NCBI GenBank assembly: GCA_001179505.1
Contig: CDMY01000376.1
Coordinates: 62,001-126,000 of the forward strand
Length of the DNA stretch: 64,000 bases
Source: Vitrella brassicaformis CCMP3155
Taxonomy: Eukaryota; Protista; Chromerida
Reading direction: 5' to 3'
Part shown: in pieces, positions 36,504-50,079 of the stretch
Layout of the letters: the number at the start of each line of letters is the position of its first letter
Position numbering within the stretch: the stretch's first letter is position 1
Notes under the pieces: model-generated
What the model was told of the DNA's origin: nothing
The model's database searches: none
Seen by the model: the letters and a program-made list of their open reading frames with translations, nothing else
Program-made: the position numbers and the translations under genes

Positions 36504-37640
36504 GAGATAGATGGCGGACAGACAGACCGATGGAAAGAAAAGTCAGGCAGGTGAGCGAGTAGGTGGGTGCGGTGCATCATCCACATATCCGCTCAGGAAG
36601 CACCGCCTGCCTGCGTTCATGTGTGTGTGTGTAGCTGGCTGTGTGTGTGTGGTGGCTGGCTGGCTGGCTGGCTGGCTGCAGCGGTCTCACAGATCGCTTA
36701 GCTAGTGCTGGAGCTCAGCAACACACACATGGAATGGAACCGACATAGAAACGGACGCACGGACGGACGGACAGAGGGATGAGGTGAAGGTGAGGGTCAT
36801 GTCATGTGCAGACAGAGCATGTGCGTGTGGTGGGTGGTGCTGGGTGGGATGGGCGAGTGGATGGTGCCGACCGACCGATGCCCCTGTACGTTTGTACTTC
36901 TACACCTGCTTGTGTGGGTGGGTGTATGAGTGTATGTGTGAAAGGCAGCTGAGCCGCATTCATTCAATCATCATCGCACGATCAGCACGTTGGTGCGGTG
37001 CGTATGAACATCTGAGCGACAATCGCTCACGTATCAACATCATGAACCTGCACACACGTACCCTCTTCACTCACTCCCCCCCTCCCGCTAAGAAAAGACC
37101 GTTGCAGCAAAAACTTACTAAGAAACTGCACAGTGAGTATCGACAGGTGGGAAGACAGAGAGGAGGAAGCACACTTATTACAGACAGACCATACAGACCA
37201 CTTTCCTCTCTCTATAAGCATGCTTCTCCTCACAGCCGACCGGACCAGTGGTCCTACCTAAAACCTGGCGTTTCTCTGCCCCGGCGGGTTGCCGCACGAC
37301 ATCCATCCATCCATCCATCCATCCATACCCGTTGCCGGCCGGAAAAAACAGCTCTACCACATACCCACCCACCCCACGGATAAACCCCCCCCCTACACGC
37401 AGCGTGCACCATGCATCCACCGATCAAAACATGTACCCGTGTGCGCACCGCACACGTCACATGTACTCGCGTGTTTTTCACGCCATGCAAATGCTCACAG
37501 ACGACCGACTCGACAAGGCGACACGACGCCAAGACGCAAACCCACCCACCCGACCACCGACGGGCAGACAGCTGCCCAATACTTACAAATACACACATAT
37601 ACGGTACGCAGAGAGTGAGGGCGGGGAGGCATTTACACGC

Positions 37641-38317
37641 TCACACGGGGTTCTCCTGGGCCGCCTCCTGCGGCTCACTGAGGGCATCCGCCCTTGTGCT
37701 GCACTCACTGCCGTCATCTCTCGCCTCAGCATCGCCAGGGACGGTAGACTTGGCAGTGGACTTGGTGGGCACGGTCCGCGCATCCTCGCTCCCAGCCCCT
37801 CGCTGCACACACCCAAGAAAACACACACCACGAAAAGAAAGATGCGTTGGTTCTCTCTCCAATGGACGGATGAAGGCATCGTGCCTACCCGGAGGTTTCG
37901 CTTGAGCGTTCGGATGATGACCATCCTAGCGATGAGGGTGCTGACAAACATTGTGACGAGCAGGAGGATCGCACACAGGCTGACCAGCGGCACCGTGGCG
38001 GCTCGGTGCTCCTGCTCCTCTTCTGGAGTGCCGCTGGCGGGCAGGATGGAAGAGGCCTGCCGGAGGGACCGCCGCTTGTAGCATCCCTCCGGCGGCGACG
38101 ACCTGTACGAGAGACAATCGTCGACGTCAGGCTGCACACAGCACACAACACACAGGACGGATGGATTGATGGATGGATGGCATGTGTTGCTCCCTCTCCC
38201 TCCTGACCAACGTACCGAGACAGTGTAAATAAAGTAGTAGTAGGCCACGAGCAAGACAGCTATGAAAAGGGTCGCGACGCCGAGGCATCCACACACAGTC
38301 CTCTTGCACAAGCACAT
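37641..38317 (-). CDS. Small two-TM protein with a Cys-rich N-terminus
   Basis: Three exons; TMs VATLFIAVLLVAYYYFIYT and LVSLCAILLLVTMFVSTLIA; acidic tail. Confidence 0.55.
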
Positions 38318-38866
38318 GGTATGGTAATGATGACAACTTAATCAAGGGAGTTGTAGTCAATAGCAATCAGGCGGGCGTCGTGGCGGTAGTACAATATATC
38401 GCGGATGGGAGGGGTAGAGTACCGGGTGATTGCCATGCACGACACCAACACGACAGCACCCTCCGCTCTCCCCTCGACGACGAGTATCTGCCGCTCTCCG
38501 TGCGCTCTCGACAGCTCTCTCCATAGATCCAGCGCAGCAACTCGGCCTTTTCTCGTCGTCGAGTGCACAGCTGGCCCCTGCACACACAGAGGAGTAGAAG
38601 CAGAGAGGGAAATTGCGTGAGCAGCCAGTTGCGAGCTTGGATTGCGAGCTGGGATCGCGATGTGCCACTGGTCGAGGAGCGGCGAAGGAGAAGCAAAGGA
38701 GACGAACGTGTGAGCGAGCGGGCCTGACGTGCTCGAGGTGCTCGTGCCGTTGGTGGTGCGCTTGCCTCGGTCCATCGCGACAGGAGAGAGAGAGATCGTC
38801 AAGTGTTTGCTGCTGCCTGCCTGCCTGCCTGACACGAGAGTAGCTACTAGATAGAGTGTAGTATAT

Positions 38867-39852
38867 ATGATCAAGATGACCTACCCGAGCTGGGATATCG
38901 AGCAGGCCATCGAGCACTTCCCCGCCATCTGCGGCATGAAACTCTCACTCAGTCAGAGCCACACACACACTCACACTCACACTCACACACAAGCAGAGAG
39001 AGGGAGAGAGGGGGAGCCCACGGCACGTGTGTAACACTTGTGTTGTGCTGTGTGTGTGCTGGCAGCCGTGGCGGATCCCACTCTCCCCGACTGTCCTCTC
39101 ATCGGCTGCTCCTCGGGATTCACAAAGCTCACGGGGTACGTCAGACACACATACGCACAGCCGTCTCCACCTGTGCCACGCATTTATCTCTCCTGCCTGC
39201 GTGTGTGGGGTTGGCTGGTTGGTGTGTCCCTCCTTCTCTCAGCTTTGACGAGTACAAGGTCATCGGCCAGAACTGCCGCTTCCTGAATGAGGGGTGTCAC
39301 GTGGATGAGGTGGTTCGGAGAGAGCTGCGGAAGGCCATACACTCCAGAGGCTCGCTCTTCTGCCTCGTCCAAAACAAGAAAGCCAGTACGCAAACACACA
39401 CAGGACAGTAGAGGAAGCTGCCAAAAGAGAGAAAGAAACCGCGCGTCTGTCCCTGTGTGTCTGTCCCTGTGTGTGTCTGATTGTAGATGGGTCGCGGTTC
39501 ACCAACATGCTGTATCTGTCATCCTTCCACATCCCCAGCAGGGCGCAGACGTTCATGATCGGCGTGCAGAGCGACGCCACAAAGGTCGATCTGGTCGGCA
39601 ACGAAAACCTCCGACTGTTCACCGAGGAAAAGGTAGGAATGCACACACCTCACCTGGGCAGGGCAGACAGACAAGAGCCGATGGATGGACACGACACACG
39701 GAATGAAGGGCTTGTGCGGTGTGGTCTACTCGTCAGATATGCGAGCTGTTCAACACGGTCGATTTGACCAACTGGGTGCTCATGAAGGCGCGGTCATTCG
39801 AAGGTACCTAAGCCATGGGCACACAGCACACACGTCATATGGCATACCGACG

Positions 39853-39891
<39 letters not shown>

Positions 39892-40494
39892 GCGCGCGCG
39901 CGCGCGCGTGTGTGTGTGTGCAGCCATCGAGCGGATGAAGAAGACGTCTCCCGCGCTACCCCTCCGATGGCGACCGCCGCAGCCAGCGGACGACGACGAG
40001 GGCAGAAGACCACCTCCCGTAAGACAACGCAACACACATACAATACATTCTATGTGTCTCTCACACGGATCTCTGTATGTATCGTGTATCGATGCCTCCT
40101 TCAGACTCCCCGTTGGTTGGCCGAGGAGCACATCTGGCCCCTTTTCCCCGCCGCCCTCTCTCTCGACGACCCCCAGCCCCAGGCCGTCACAGCCACCGAC
40201 CAAGACGAGCAGGAGCATGCCCGCGACCGCGGCCTCTCATCTGGCAGCACGGCGTCCTCCAACACCCAAAGCCACACGCAGCCGCACGACCACCGCGGTG
40301 AGGGCGGCCGGCTGCCCAGCAGCCCCGGGACCTGCACGACGTACGCCACAGCGGGCAACGGCGAGAGGGACGACGATACGCCCCCTGCCAATGGTGTGCT
40401 GCACCCCAAGGACGAGGAGGCGGCCGTGGGGACGCCCGAGATGGACGGGGTGGTGCAGCAGATGGCACAGATTAGACTACCGCCCACCGACTAG
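38867..40494 (+). CDS. Single-LOV (PAS) blue-light sensor protein with a disordered C-terminus
   Basis: Spliced LSLTVADPTLPDCPLIGCSSGFTKLTG|FDEYKVIGQNCRFLNEG...VQNKKA|NGSRFTNMLYL...FMIGVQSDAT. Photoactive Cys (NCRFL) and the signalling Gln (IGVQ) are present. Confidence 0.88.
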
Positions 40495-42719
40495 GGTGGG
40501 TGCGGTACATGTGCGGTGCATGGCACGGGGTGGGGTGGGGTGACATTTTTCCATCCCAGCCAGGTGAGGTGGGTCAGACAGACAGACAGACAGATGAGAG
40601 AGAAAACCGTATGTGAGAAATGAGAGATGAGATGAGGTGAGGGCATCGCCGCTTTTTTTCGTCAAGTGGCTGCGTTGCGTTGCGTTGCGTGATGGGATGT
40701 GATGGGATGTGCTGTGATCCGAGAGGGAGATGCAGAGGTTGCGTGTGTGGCAGTGCTTTCGCTTCCTTCCTTCCTTCCTTATTCTCTTGCCAATGAATGC
40801 CGTCCGTCATGGATTTGTTTTCCTCGCCCTTGTTTCTCGTCTCGTGTGATGGGAGTTTCCTCTGTGTGTTCGCGTGTGTGTGTGTGAGTGTATATGTACC
40901 TAACTGAGTGCGCGAATGTGACGCAGAGAGGGGGCGGGGCGGGGCGGGGCGGGCTGAGGGAGAGGCTCTGGGCTGGATGGGGTAATCGTGCAGCAACGCC
41001 GCTTCGTGTGGCGTGTGGTGTCCGATAGAGAGGAAGAGATAGGCGTGTCCGCAGATGGGATGGATGGATCGGTAAGGGAATTTTTCGTCTGTCGACCGCA
41101 TTGCTATGACATAGACAGGCACAGAGAGAGAGGGAGGGCGGACGTGAGGGCGATTGTTTCACTGCCATCCGTGTGTGAGGGACAGAAGAGTCGACTTTCA
41201 ACTCGCTTATTGCCTGCCTGCCTGCCTGTTGGGGCATTTCTTTCCTCGCTGATGTGATGTGGCGGGGTGGAAGAGAGTGAGTGAGCGGATGAGAGCGACG
41301 TGACTGGAGTAACTAACGACACATCGATGCATTGCAATGACCGAGTGTGATTGATGCGACCGACTTTCTCGTTTCAATTCATCATTCAGACGACACGAAC
41401 GATGCAGCGCAGCCGATGCATTGCATCCTTCCACTGTCGGTGGGGTGACCTTTTCTGAATCGCTCACTCACTCACTCACTCAGTCACCTGATGCTGGCTG
41501 ACAGCTGCTGTTGTGTATAAGAAGAGAGCCGGAGGGAGAGACCTGCTGCTGTATCTCTGTGTCTGTCTTCCTCCACCTCCTACCTACCTACCTACCTCTT
41601 CACGTCTTTCCCTCCCTCCGGCCGTAGGCACCTGCTGCTGCTGCTTCTTGCTTGGTGCTGCCTGCGTGGCGTGGTGTATGAATGTATGTCTGTATGTATG
41701 TCTGTGTGTGTGTCCGTCCGCATGTGCGAGTGTGAGTGTGGGTGAGCTTATGTGGTGTGAGAGCGAGTGCATGAGTGAGGTCCCGAAGGGAGAAAGGGAA
41801 GTGACAGTGGGTGATGGTGATGGTGATGTGACATACATCTGCAGCCCGCCCAGCCATCCATCCATCCATCCAGTCAGCCCCTCCACCGTGCGTGTGTGTG
41901 GTTTGGGTTCTCCATCCATCCATCCATCTATCCATCTGTAGCATCCGTCACATTTTTTGTTCCTTGCCCTTCATTGAGCCAGCTACTCCCCCACCTCACC
42001 ATGGTGCGTGTGTGTGTGCGTGCAGTGTGATCGCTCTCTGAAGCGCACCCATCGTATGAATGGAGAGGCAGGCCTCTCAGGCATACCACCACCACCACCA
42101 CCAAAACCACACGGACACACACACACACACACACACGCACCCAATTGGATGCGGGAGTGAGTGAGTGGTTGAGTGCTGGTGGGAGGGGCGAGTGTTATGT
42201 CCAGCCATCGCACCACATTGTTTGAACGAATGGGTTGCGTGGCGTGGCGTGGCGTGGGGTGCTATGGGGGAGGGTGGGGTGGGTGGGGCGGGCAGAGAAA
42301 TAAGATGCGATGTCGTGTGCCATGTGTGCGTGTGTGTTGGGGAGAGAGAGCTATTTGTTTGTTCGCATGCAGTCTGTCTGTCTGTTGACTGACTGAGGGG
42401 ATAGAGAGTATTCGGCAGCGGCTCAGCGTGGGGGCGAGAGCGTGAGTGTGTGAGAGTGAGCTGAGATGTGAGAGTGAGCTTCCAGTAGATGAGTGATGAC
42501 CACAAAGGCCCTGCTGCCGCCCCCGGTCTTTTCTCACCACCGTAAGTTTTGCTCCAACGCTGGATGGGCCCTTCACACACGTGCATCTGTCTGTGTGTGT
42601 GTTTTGGGTACATGTGAGAGCTGCCTTGGGGGGGTGACAACGAGAGGCTGCTGTGTGGTGTGCAAGTGGACCGACTGGACAGTGATAATGCTCGCGATGG
42701 ACCTTGATTGAAGCAGACG

Positions 42720-45700
42720 TCATGTGGTGCGAGAATCTATCCTTTGTTCGTTCGCATCATCATCATCATCACTCTGGACATAACACTCATTCATGTAGCC
42801 AATCCCACTAGCAATGCCGTGTGTCCCTTTCCCCCTCCCTCCCCCTCCCTCCCCCTCTCCCTCCCTCCCTTTCCCTCCCTCCCTCTCTCTCTCTGTCTAT
42901 CGACAGCAGACATGCGCTGTGACCATCCTCTGACACTTGTCTATCTGGCCCTTCAAAGCCCGCAGCAGCTCACCCCCAGCGACCCTCTGGGAAGAACAGG
43001 GGCCCGCGTCACTACCGCTACTACCACCACTGCCACTGCCACTGCCCATCGCACTGCTGCTGCTGCCCCTGCTATACGACTTGCCGGGCCCATAGAGTTT
43101 GTCGAGGTTGGCCTGCAGGAATGCGTACGACTCCTCGAGACACTCCATCACTGCCGGCACACTGCTCGCGTCAGACAGCATATCCAGCAACACCAGCAGC
43201 TGGTCTTTCGCCGCCGACATCTCCTCCCGACCCCCACCCTCATCCTCATCTCGCGTGTCGTTTGGCAGCGGCTCCGGCTCGTCCTCATCTGGTGACCCTC
43301 CAGCTCCATTGGTGCTGCCGTTGGTCCCCACCACGCCCGCCGCCCCTCCATTGCTGCTGCTGGCAGGCAGCGCTTCGTCGTTCATGCTGTGTGAGCGTGA
43401 TGCGTGTGCGCTGGCGATGTCGCTCATCTGCAGGGCAAACGGGATGGGGACCGCAGAGGGCGACGGGGCCGATGGGTGCACAGCAGCAGCAGCAGCACTG
43501 GCTGCAGAGGCGGATGGCTGTGAGGCTGGAGAGGGTGTGTTGGTGTCATCCTCCTCCTCTGTGCGGGGAGGGGCCGATGGCCTCACTGGCGCATTGGTCG
43601 GCGTGTGGAAGTCCGGCTCGTCGAGAGAGAGGGGGAGGAAAGGTGCCTGGCCGCTGTTCATGTCGCGAGTCATGATGCGGTCCTCCTCCCGCCCCTGTGG
43701 CCGCTGCACCGTGCGCGATGGAACGGGCCGCCTGTCGTTGCGGTGGGCGGGGGCCTTGGGTGAGGGGGGCGATCGTGGGCGATTGGGGGTCAGCTGGGGG
43801 TACCGGCCGCTATAGGGCATGTGGGGTATGAAAGTCGTTGAGAAGAAGGTCCCAGGGCCGGGGGTGCCCTCCTGCAGACAGACACCACACAGACAGACAG
43901 ACAGACGTGAATGCATGGATAGCTGTGTGGCATAGATAGGCTCACTGTACTGGACTGACCATCATAGGCCGGTCAAGCCTTGCATGTGGGTGTGGCGGCC
44001 GCCACATCTGCTCCCCCGTTGCGGCGGCGTTAGCGTTGGCATGGGGGCGAGGGCGGGTTGGCGGGGGAGGGGGGGCCGCGGGAGGGGGGGACCTCATGCG
44101 CATGCGTGCCTCTGCCCTGCTGCGCGCCTCTGGGTCGATGATGGCCGGCTGCTGGCGTGTACGCTGGCCCACCAGGAGAGAGAGCATGGTGCGGCGGTCC
44201 TGCTGACGGGCGGCCATGTCGATGAGGCCGCCCTCCTGGTGAATGGACACCGAGAAACCCACATGTGTGCTGTTGTGATCTCCCTCCCTCTCTCTCTCTC
44301 TGTGTGTCTGTGAGGGTGGCGGACTCACCGATGGGTCGGCCTCTCTGACGTCTTTGCGGCACAGTGGGCATGAGAGGGAGCGCTCGAACCACTTGTCGAG
44401 GCATTGTTGGTGGAATTTGTGCTTGCAGAGGGTGATGCGCCGAATGAGATCGAAATGCAGGAACGGCTCAAAGCAAATCGAACACACCTGCATTGCATTG
44501 CATCAATGACCACAAATACACAACAGACACAACAGCCAGGTGAACACACGACACGCTAGAGAGCCTGGCCGCGTCACGTGACTTACCTGGTCCTGGTCTG
44601 TCTTTTTGTCGTTGCCAATGGTGCTGCTCGCCTGCTGGTCGCTCCGTCCCTCGTCGCTCGAGTCCCTGCCCCTCTTGCTGCTGCTGCTGCTGTCGCCATC
44701 CGCCCCCGCCCGTCGCCTCTCTATCTCCTCCCTCCCATATACCTCCACCACTGTGAACTTCCGGAGCATTCTATGAGACACACAAAAACACACGAACACA
44801 CACACACACACACGCATCCATCCATCCATCCATCCACATGTGTGTGTTGGTGGGAGGTGTGTCAAGTCGGTGCTGACTTAAGGAGGGCGGATCCGTGTGT
44901 GTCGAAGTCATCGATGAGAGAGGCGCGAAACCGCTCGTGCCTCTGCCTGCGTCTGCGAGCCGGCCCCAACACACGCTCGGCTTCGATTATCGCCTCACCT
45001 GACCACCACACCATGCCGACAGACAGGCAGGCAGGCACACATGGCGAGGTGGCAGGTGGCGTGGCGAATGTGTGTCGAGTGTACATACCGCGGCTGGAGG
45101 GGTCGCCGACCCACCGCACGGCCACGCGCATGCCGTCGGGGGTCAGGATGCTGCTGTCGTCATTGTGGTTGGTGCCACCCGCACGGCCCTCACGATCTAT
45201 CTCCTGCACGACAGACAGACACGACATTTGTGTGTGGTATGGAGAGATGGATCGGCTGTTGTGCTTTGCCATGCCACCGACTGACTCACCAGGAGGACCA
45301 TGAGCGGCTCCGTCCTCCCACTCTCCCGGTGCTCCAGCCATCTGTCCAGGCTGCCACTATGCCCCGCACGATCACCATCACCCTCCTGAAGCACCGCCTG
45401 GGCCCAATCCTGCGAAGCGGAAACAGCACACAGCACACAACAAATACGTGGCGGCTACAATCACTCCCACCATGCGCTAATGGCACCCACCTGCAGCGAA
45501 TGTCCCTGAGAATGCCACCATGTTATCTGTTCCGAGTTGTATCGGTGCAGCAGCGTCTCGATGGCCCAATCGGGGGACCTCTCGTGATTAGGATCGCTCC
45601 TCGAGAGCAGCGACCGCAGGACCGTCAGATGTCTGTCTGCCGGCTGGTCGGTGCCGCCACCGAGTGCACTATGCCGCTGAAGAGATATACAAAGGAAAAC

Positions 45701-46294
45701 ACACAGACGATCGAGTGCGTGTCCGTGTCCGTATGTCTGTCCATCCGCCCAGGCCTGTGTGTGCGTGGCATGTGTGCATTCATTCGGACGTACCCCCGTC
45801 ACAAACTGAGGAAGAAGCTCGTTGAAGGGCAGCATCGACAGAAACCGCTGGCCAAGCCCACCACCACCACCACCACCACCAGTACCACCAGTAACCGGCA
45901 CGGGCTCGTCAATGGCCCTCCGCCGGGCGGCCCTCGGCCCCTGCCCCCCCACCTCCCTCTCCTCCCTCCCGCCTCCTCCTTCAGCCATCCGTGCGAAAGA
46001 GGGGGCGAAGGCAGGCAGCAGCGCATATACCTCGTCCAGTTCCTCATCCACTGGCGGGCTCGAGGGACGCCCACCATTCTCTGAGGGATGACTGCCGCGG
46101 GGTGCGTTGGTGGAGCCGCCAAATGCGTCCCAGAACCATCGGGTGCGGCGCTCGGGTGAGGTGCGACTGGCCGTGTGTGTGGCCCCCGATGGCTGTGGTC
46201 GGTCTGCGTAAGAGGACGAAAGGCGGGGCGGCTCGTGTGATGAGGACGAGGGCTGAGGGCCGTTCAGTGACAGGTCATGCGGTCTGCCCGCCAT
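42720..46294 (-). CDS. RING-H2 E3 ubiquitin ligase with long disordered flanks
   Basis: CSICFEPFLHFDLIRRITLCKHKFHQQCLDKWFERSLSCPLC (C3H2C3) in the exon at about 44330-44490. Flanking exons join in phase; the last exon SDDDDDANEQRIDSRTT* is inferred. Confidence 0.82.
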
Positions 46295-46699
46295 CAGCCA
46301 GAGCCCGGGAAGAGATCTTCGTCTCTATTTGGCCTGGTCGTGTGTCGGTTGGCAGATGAATGGTCGTCCTACTGCTCGTGGCGACGGTAATAGGGGAGGC
46401 CGCCCGTCGATGTGGCCCGTGCTGTCCTCTTCAGAATGATGAAATGAATTCGGTTGAAGCTCCACTTATCGCTCCACTCATAGAGGAAGAGTGGTGTGTT
46501 GTTGAGTAGAGGGCTCCAGTGCGATGGGTAGGTGAGTGGGAGGGATCCGAGTCCTGACGCGATCCTTACTCAGGCTCGCGTTTCCCTTCCTGCGAAAAAA
46601 GACCCAAGCGCAAGGCCCTGTCGACCAGGGCATCCCTGTGAGAGATCCTTCTGCCCGCTTCGATTTGAGCGAAGAAACAAGCATCAACACGACACGACG

Positions 46700-47482
46700 A
46701 TGGAACCTGCACCCATCCTCTGGCTGACGTTCTCGCTGGTGTTGACGCTGCTCTGGGAGGCTGGCTGCATCCTTCTCATCATCCTTTGGTTCCTGGCCGC
46801 CGAACTCATCACCCTGCTCGCCACCATCTCCCTGGCGCTCTCCGTCCATGTCGGCCAGGTCGGCGCGGCTGCGGTCCCTCTGGCCTGGTGGCTGGTAGCC
46901 GAGACCGCCAGTCAGCTCTGGGGCATTGCTGCAAGTGCGGCAGGGGGGATATCGGCTTTGCCACCCGTGGCAAGGGATGTGGCCACCGTCAGCATCGCCA
47001 TGAGCGGCGCCCTGGCTGTCGGCTGGGTGGTGCAACACTTCATGGATTGCGAGCAGCAGCAGGCCCTGTCCGCCACACAAGCAGGCTTTGCAGACACGGG
47101 AGGAGAGGAGGAGTACTGTAAGCCAAGCCCACCGACACAGACACAGACACAGACACAGACGCAGACACGGAAAGGGGGGAAGCTCATCGATCTCCTCAAC
47201 ATCATGATGTTGTGTGTTGTTGTGCATTGACCACATGAATGTCGGTGTAGGCCGGATATGTGCCACGCCTCTCGAGGAGAGGCGCCGCCAGGGAGGAGGC
47301 TTGGTGCAGTACCCATGCTGCGTGACGACAGTGTGCCGCCCCTGCTACAAGGCTGGCCACCTCCACCTCTTGTCCTCCGCAACGTCGACCTGGAGGAGGT
47401 GGACAAGAAGGCCCACATCATGGAGCGCATGGCCACTTTTGGCCACCAAATCCGCTGTGCTCGCCGCACATGCACCTACTGA
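46700..47482 (+). CDS. Multi-TM hypothetical protein
   Basis: Strongly hydrophobic N-terminal ~110 aa; intron gtaagc...tag at about 47118-47250; ends ...RCARRTCTY*. Confidence 0.5.
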
Positions 47483-48097
47483 CTGCGANNNNNNNNNNNN
47501 NNNNNNNNNNNNNNNNNNNNNNNNNNNNNNNNNNNNNNNNNNNNNNNNNNNNNNNNNNNNNNNNNNNNNNNNNNNNNNNNNNNNNNNNNNNNNNNNNNNN
47601 NNNNNNNNNNNNNNNNNNNNNNNNNNNNNNNNNNNNNNNNNNNNNNNNNNNNNNNNNNNNNNNNNNNNNNNNNNNNNNNNNNNNNNNNNNNNNNNNNNNN
47701 NNNNNNNNNNNNNNNNNNNNNNNNNNNNNNNNNNNNNNNNNNNNNNNNNNNNNNNNNNNNNNNNNNNNNNNNNNNNNNNNNNNNNNNNGGGGGGGGGGGG
47801 GGGGGGGGGGGGGCATGGATGGATTCTATGGTACTCTTACATGGCGGTTTGAGCGACGCAATATCATGCGGTGAATCGATGATGCGAACGTTGATGAGAT
47901 ATTACACGAACGCACACACCTGTCCAAATAAAACAAATCAACCATAAGACCACAGCAACATTGACAGCATCAACACGCCCGTCCACACACAAATGCACAC
48001 ACAGAAATACAGAAACGCCCCACACGCACACACAAGCAAGCTTCTAGTCTATTCTGGTATGCGTGTCTGTCTGTCTGTCTGTCTGCACAGGCATCAA

Positions 48098-48934
48098 TCA
48101 ACGTATCGTTGGGAAGAGCGCAAATCTGAGCAGCCGCCACATCGGCTGCCGCTCCGTTCTCTGGTGGAAGAGCATTGAGTACGGGTGAGTCACCATCTCC
48201 AGCAACATGTCACGGGCATCAGATGGCAGACGGGAGAAGCTGATGGGGCTCTCCTTCTGCTGCTGCTGCTGCTTTGGGGGTGCGGGGATGGGCGAGGGTG
48301 GCGGGATGGAGAGCACATTGTCGAAGGACGTGTTGGCGTCCAGAGGGGGGGCGAGTGAGAGAGGCGGGGAGGCGGGCGTGATGGTTGGCTGGCTCCTCAC
48401 GATGGCGTCGAGAGAAGACTGCGCAGCATGATAGCTCTCAACACTGTCCCACCTGACACACCACACCACAACACATGCCATCCATCCATCCATCCATCCA
48501 TCCATCCCGGTGTCTGTCTGTCTGTCTGCCCCTCACCTGTCAACGAGCAGGACCTTCAGATCTCCCTCCTCCTTCCCCCCCCCGCTCCTGTACACCCTTG
48601 ACGAGTAGAATCCCTTTTGCCCCATGTTGAAGAGGTTCCACAGCAGCAGCCGCGTCCCCAGCGTCGCATAAAGCGACTCGTCCTCGCGCTTGGACACATC
48701 GAACTGGCGCACGATGGCGATGTGGTCCGAGGTCAGCCGGGTGGACTTCTCGCGCGTCATGCTGTAGATCAGGGCAGCCACGCCCGCACCCATGGCCATC
48801 TTGGCGACGTCAGATGGAATGTGCTGCATAGCTGGCTGGTAGGTGGAGGGGTGGATGGGTGAGTGCGTTGGATCAAGCGTTGGTCAGGAGGGGCCTATGT
48901 GTCGGTCGGCGACATACACCTGGCGAGTGCTCAT
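48098..48934 (-). CDS. Protein with an N-terminal hydrophobic anchor and an ABM-like (dimeric alpha-beta barrel) domain
   Basis: GFYSSRVYRS...LLVDR|WDSVESYHAA resembles the ABM 'GF...R.....W.S.E.Y.AA' pattern. Start may be 48829 or 48934. Confidence 0.5.
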
Positions 48935-49327
48935 CAGATCTCTCGCTTGTATATCTCTTCCGCACACGTAGATCTGCCATCTGATGCACCTGCTGCTCAC
49001 ACCGTCATCCTTTTTCTGGGACTTCTCACTGCGAGCTTTTTTGCGAGCCTGGCTGAAAGGACGCACGCAAAAGCCAGCGCCTCCCGGTTGTGTTTGCGGG
49101 GCTCATCGTGTGTAATCGCCTCTCGCTGCAGTCCCCTTTTGCAGTGCGCGTCTCCCACTGATCGACAGCGTCTATCAGATCATCTATCAGCTGAGCCATG
49201 TGAACCTCACTGGCTGGCTGCCCATCCATCGTGACTGACGCTGTGCTCATCTATCCCATCTACCTCCCCATCGTCCGTGATGGCATCGGCACGCTGGGAG
49301 AAGACCCCGCCCTCCCCTTTGTCAGGC

Positions 49328-50079
49328 ATGGCACCTCAGTCACCAGACAAGTCACTCATCGCCGGCGAACAGAACGGCACGTCTGGCTCGCCCAAGCTGT
49401 CGCAGCGTCGGAAGCGCGCCGCACCCCGGCTGCCCGCTAAGGAGAATGAGATATTCGTCACGAGAAAGCAGCCACTCATCGTCTTCTACAGGCGAGCCGA
49501 CGACCTGCTTCGCAGCGGCAAGTAAGTCAAGTGAAGGGAAGTTAGACCAGTGCACTGCACTCACTGCAGTGCAGCTAGCATGGATGCGATGCGGCTGTTG
49601 CTGTTGTGTGCTGTGTGTTGTGTTGTTTGTGTGCCTGGAGGCACGGGGAGATCGTGTTGCGTGGTTTGGGGGCTGCGATGAAGGGCGCGGTGTGGCTGGC
49701 TCAGGACCTCCTCACGAACTGGAAGGGCGGACTGCGCATGAGCGTCAACACGACCACCGTCAGCGTCGTCGACGACAAACTCATCGCTGACGATGACGAG
49801 GTCAACCAATCAAGGACAGACAGGCAATCTCAATCAATGGGTGGGTGAGGGTGTGTATGTCGCTGGGTGCAGATCAGCCTGGAATTCACTGGCCGCAACG
49901 TGTCGGGCCTCATCATCCGCGTGTACAAAACGACTCCTGCACAGGCAGCGCTGCCTGTCGGCCCAACCGTCCCTCCACTGCCGTCTCTCGGTACCGGCCC
50001 CGCAGCAGCTGCAGCTGCTGCAGCTGCCCCACCTGTTCCTGTTGCTGCCGCAGCGGCAGCGGCAGCACAGCCGCCATGA
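49328..50079 (+). CDS. POP7: RNase P/MRP subunit POP7/Rpp20 (Alba-like fold)
   Basis: RKRAAPRLPAKENEIFV, EIVLRGLGAAM, VNTTTVSVVDD and RNVSGLIIRVYK parallel Rpp20 (RKRLPSRLP..NDIYV, EIYIHGLGLAI, ANTSTVELVD, RNNSAIHIRVFR). Confidence 0.85.

Noticed and set aside
40495-42719. 2.2-kb convergent interval as a hidden gene or mobile element
   Set aside because: Mostly microsatellites. No TIR, LTR, TSD or transposase/RT-like ORF, and candidate mini-exons do not build a coherent frame.
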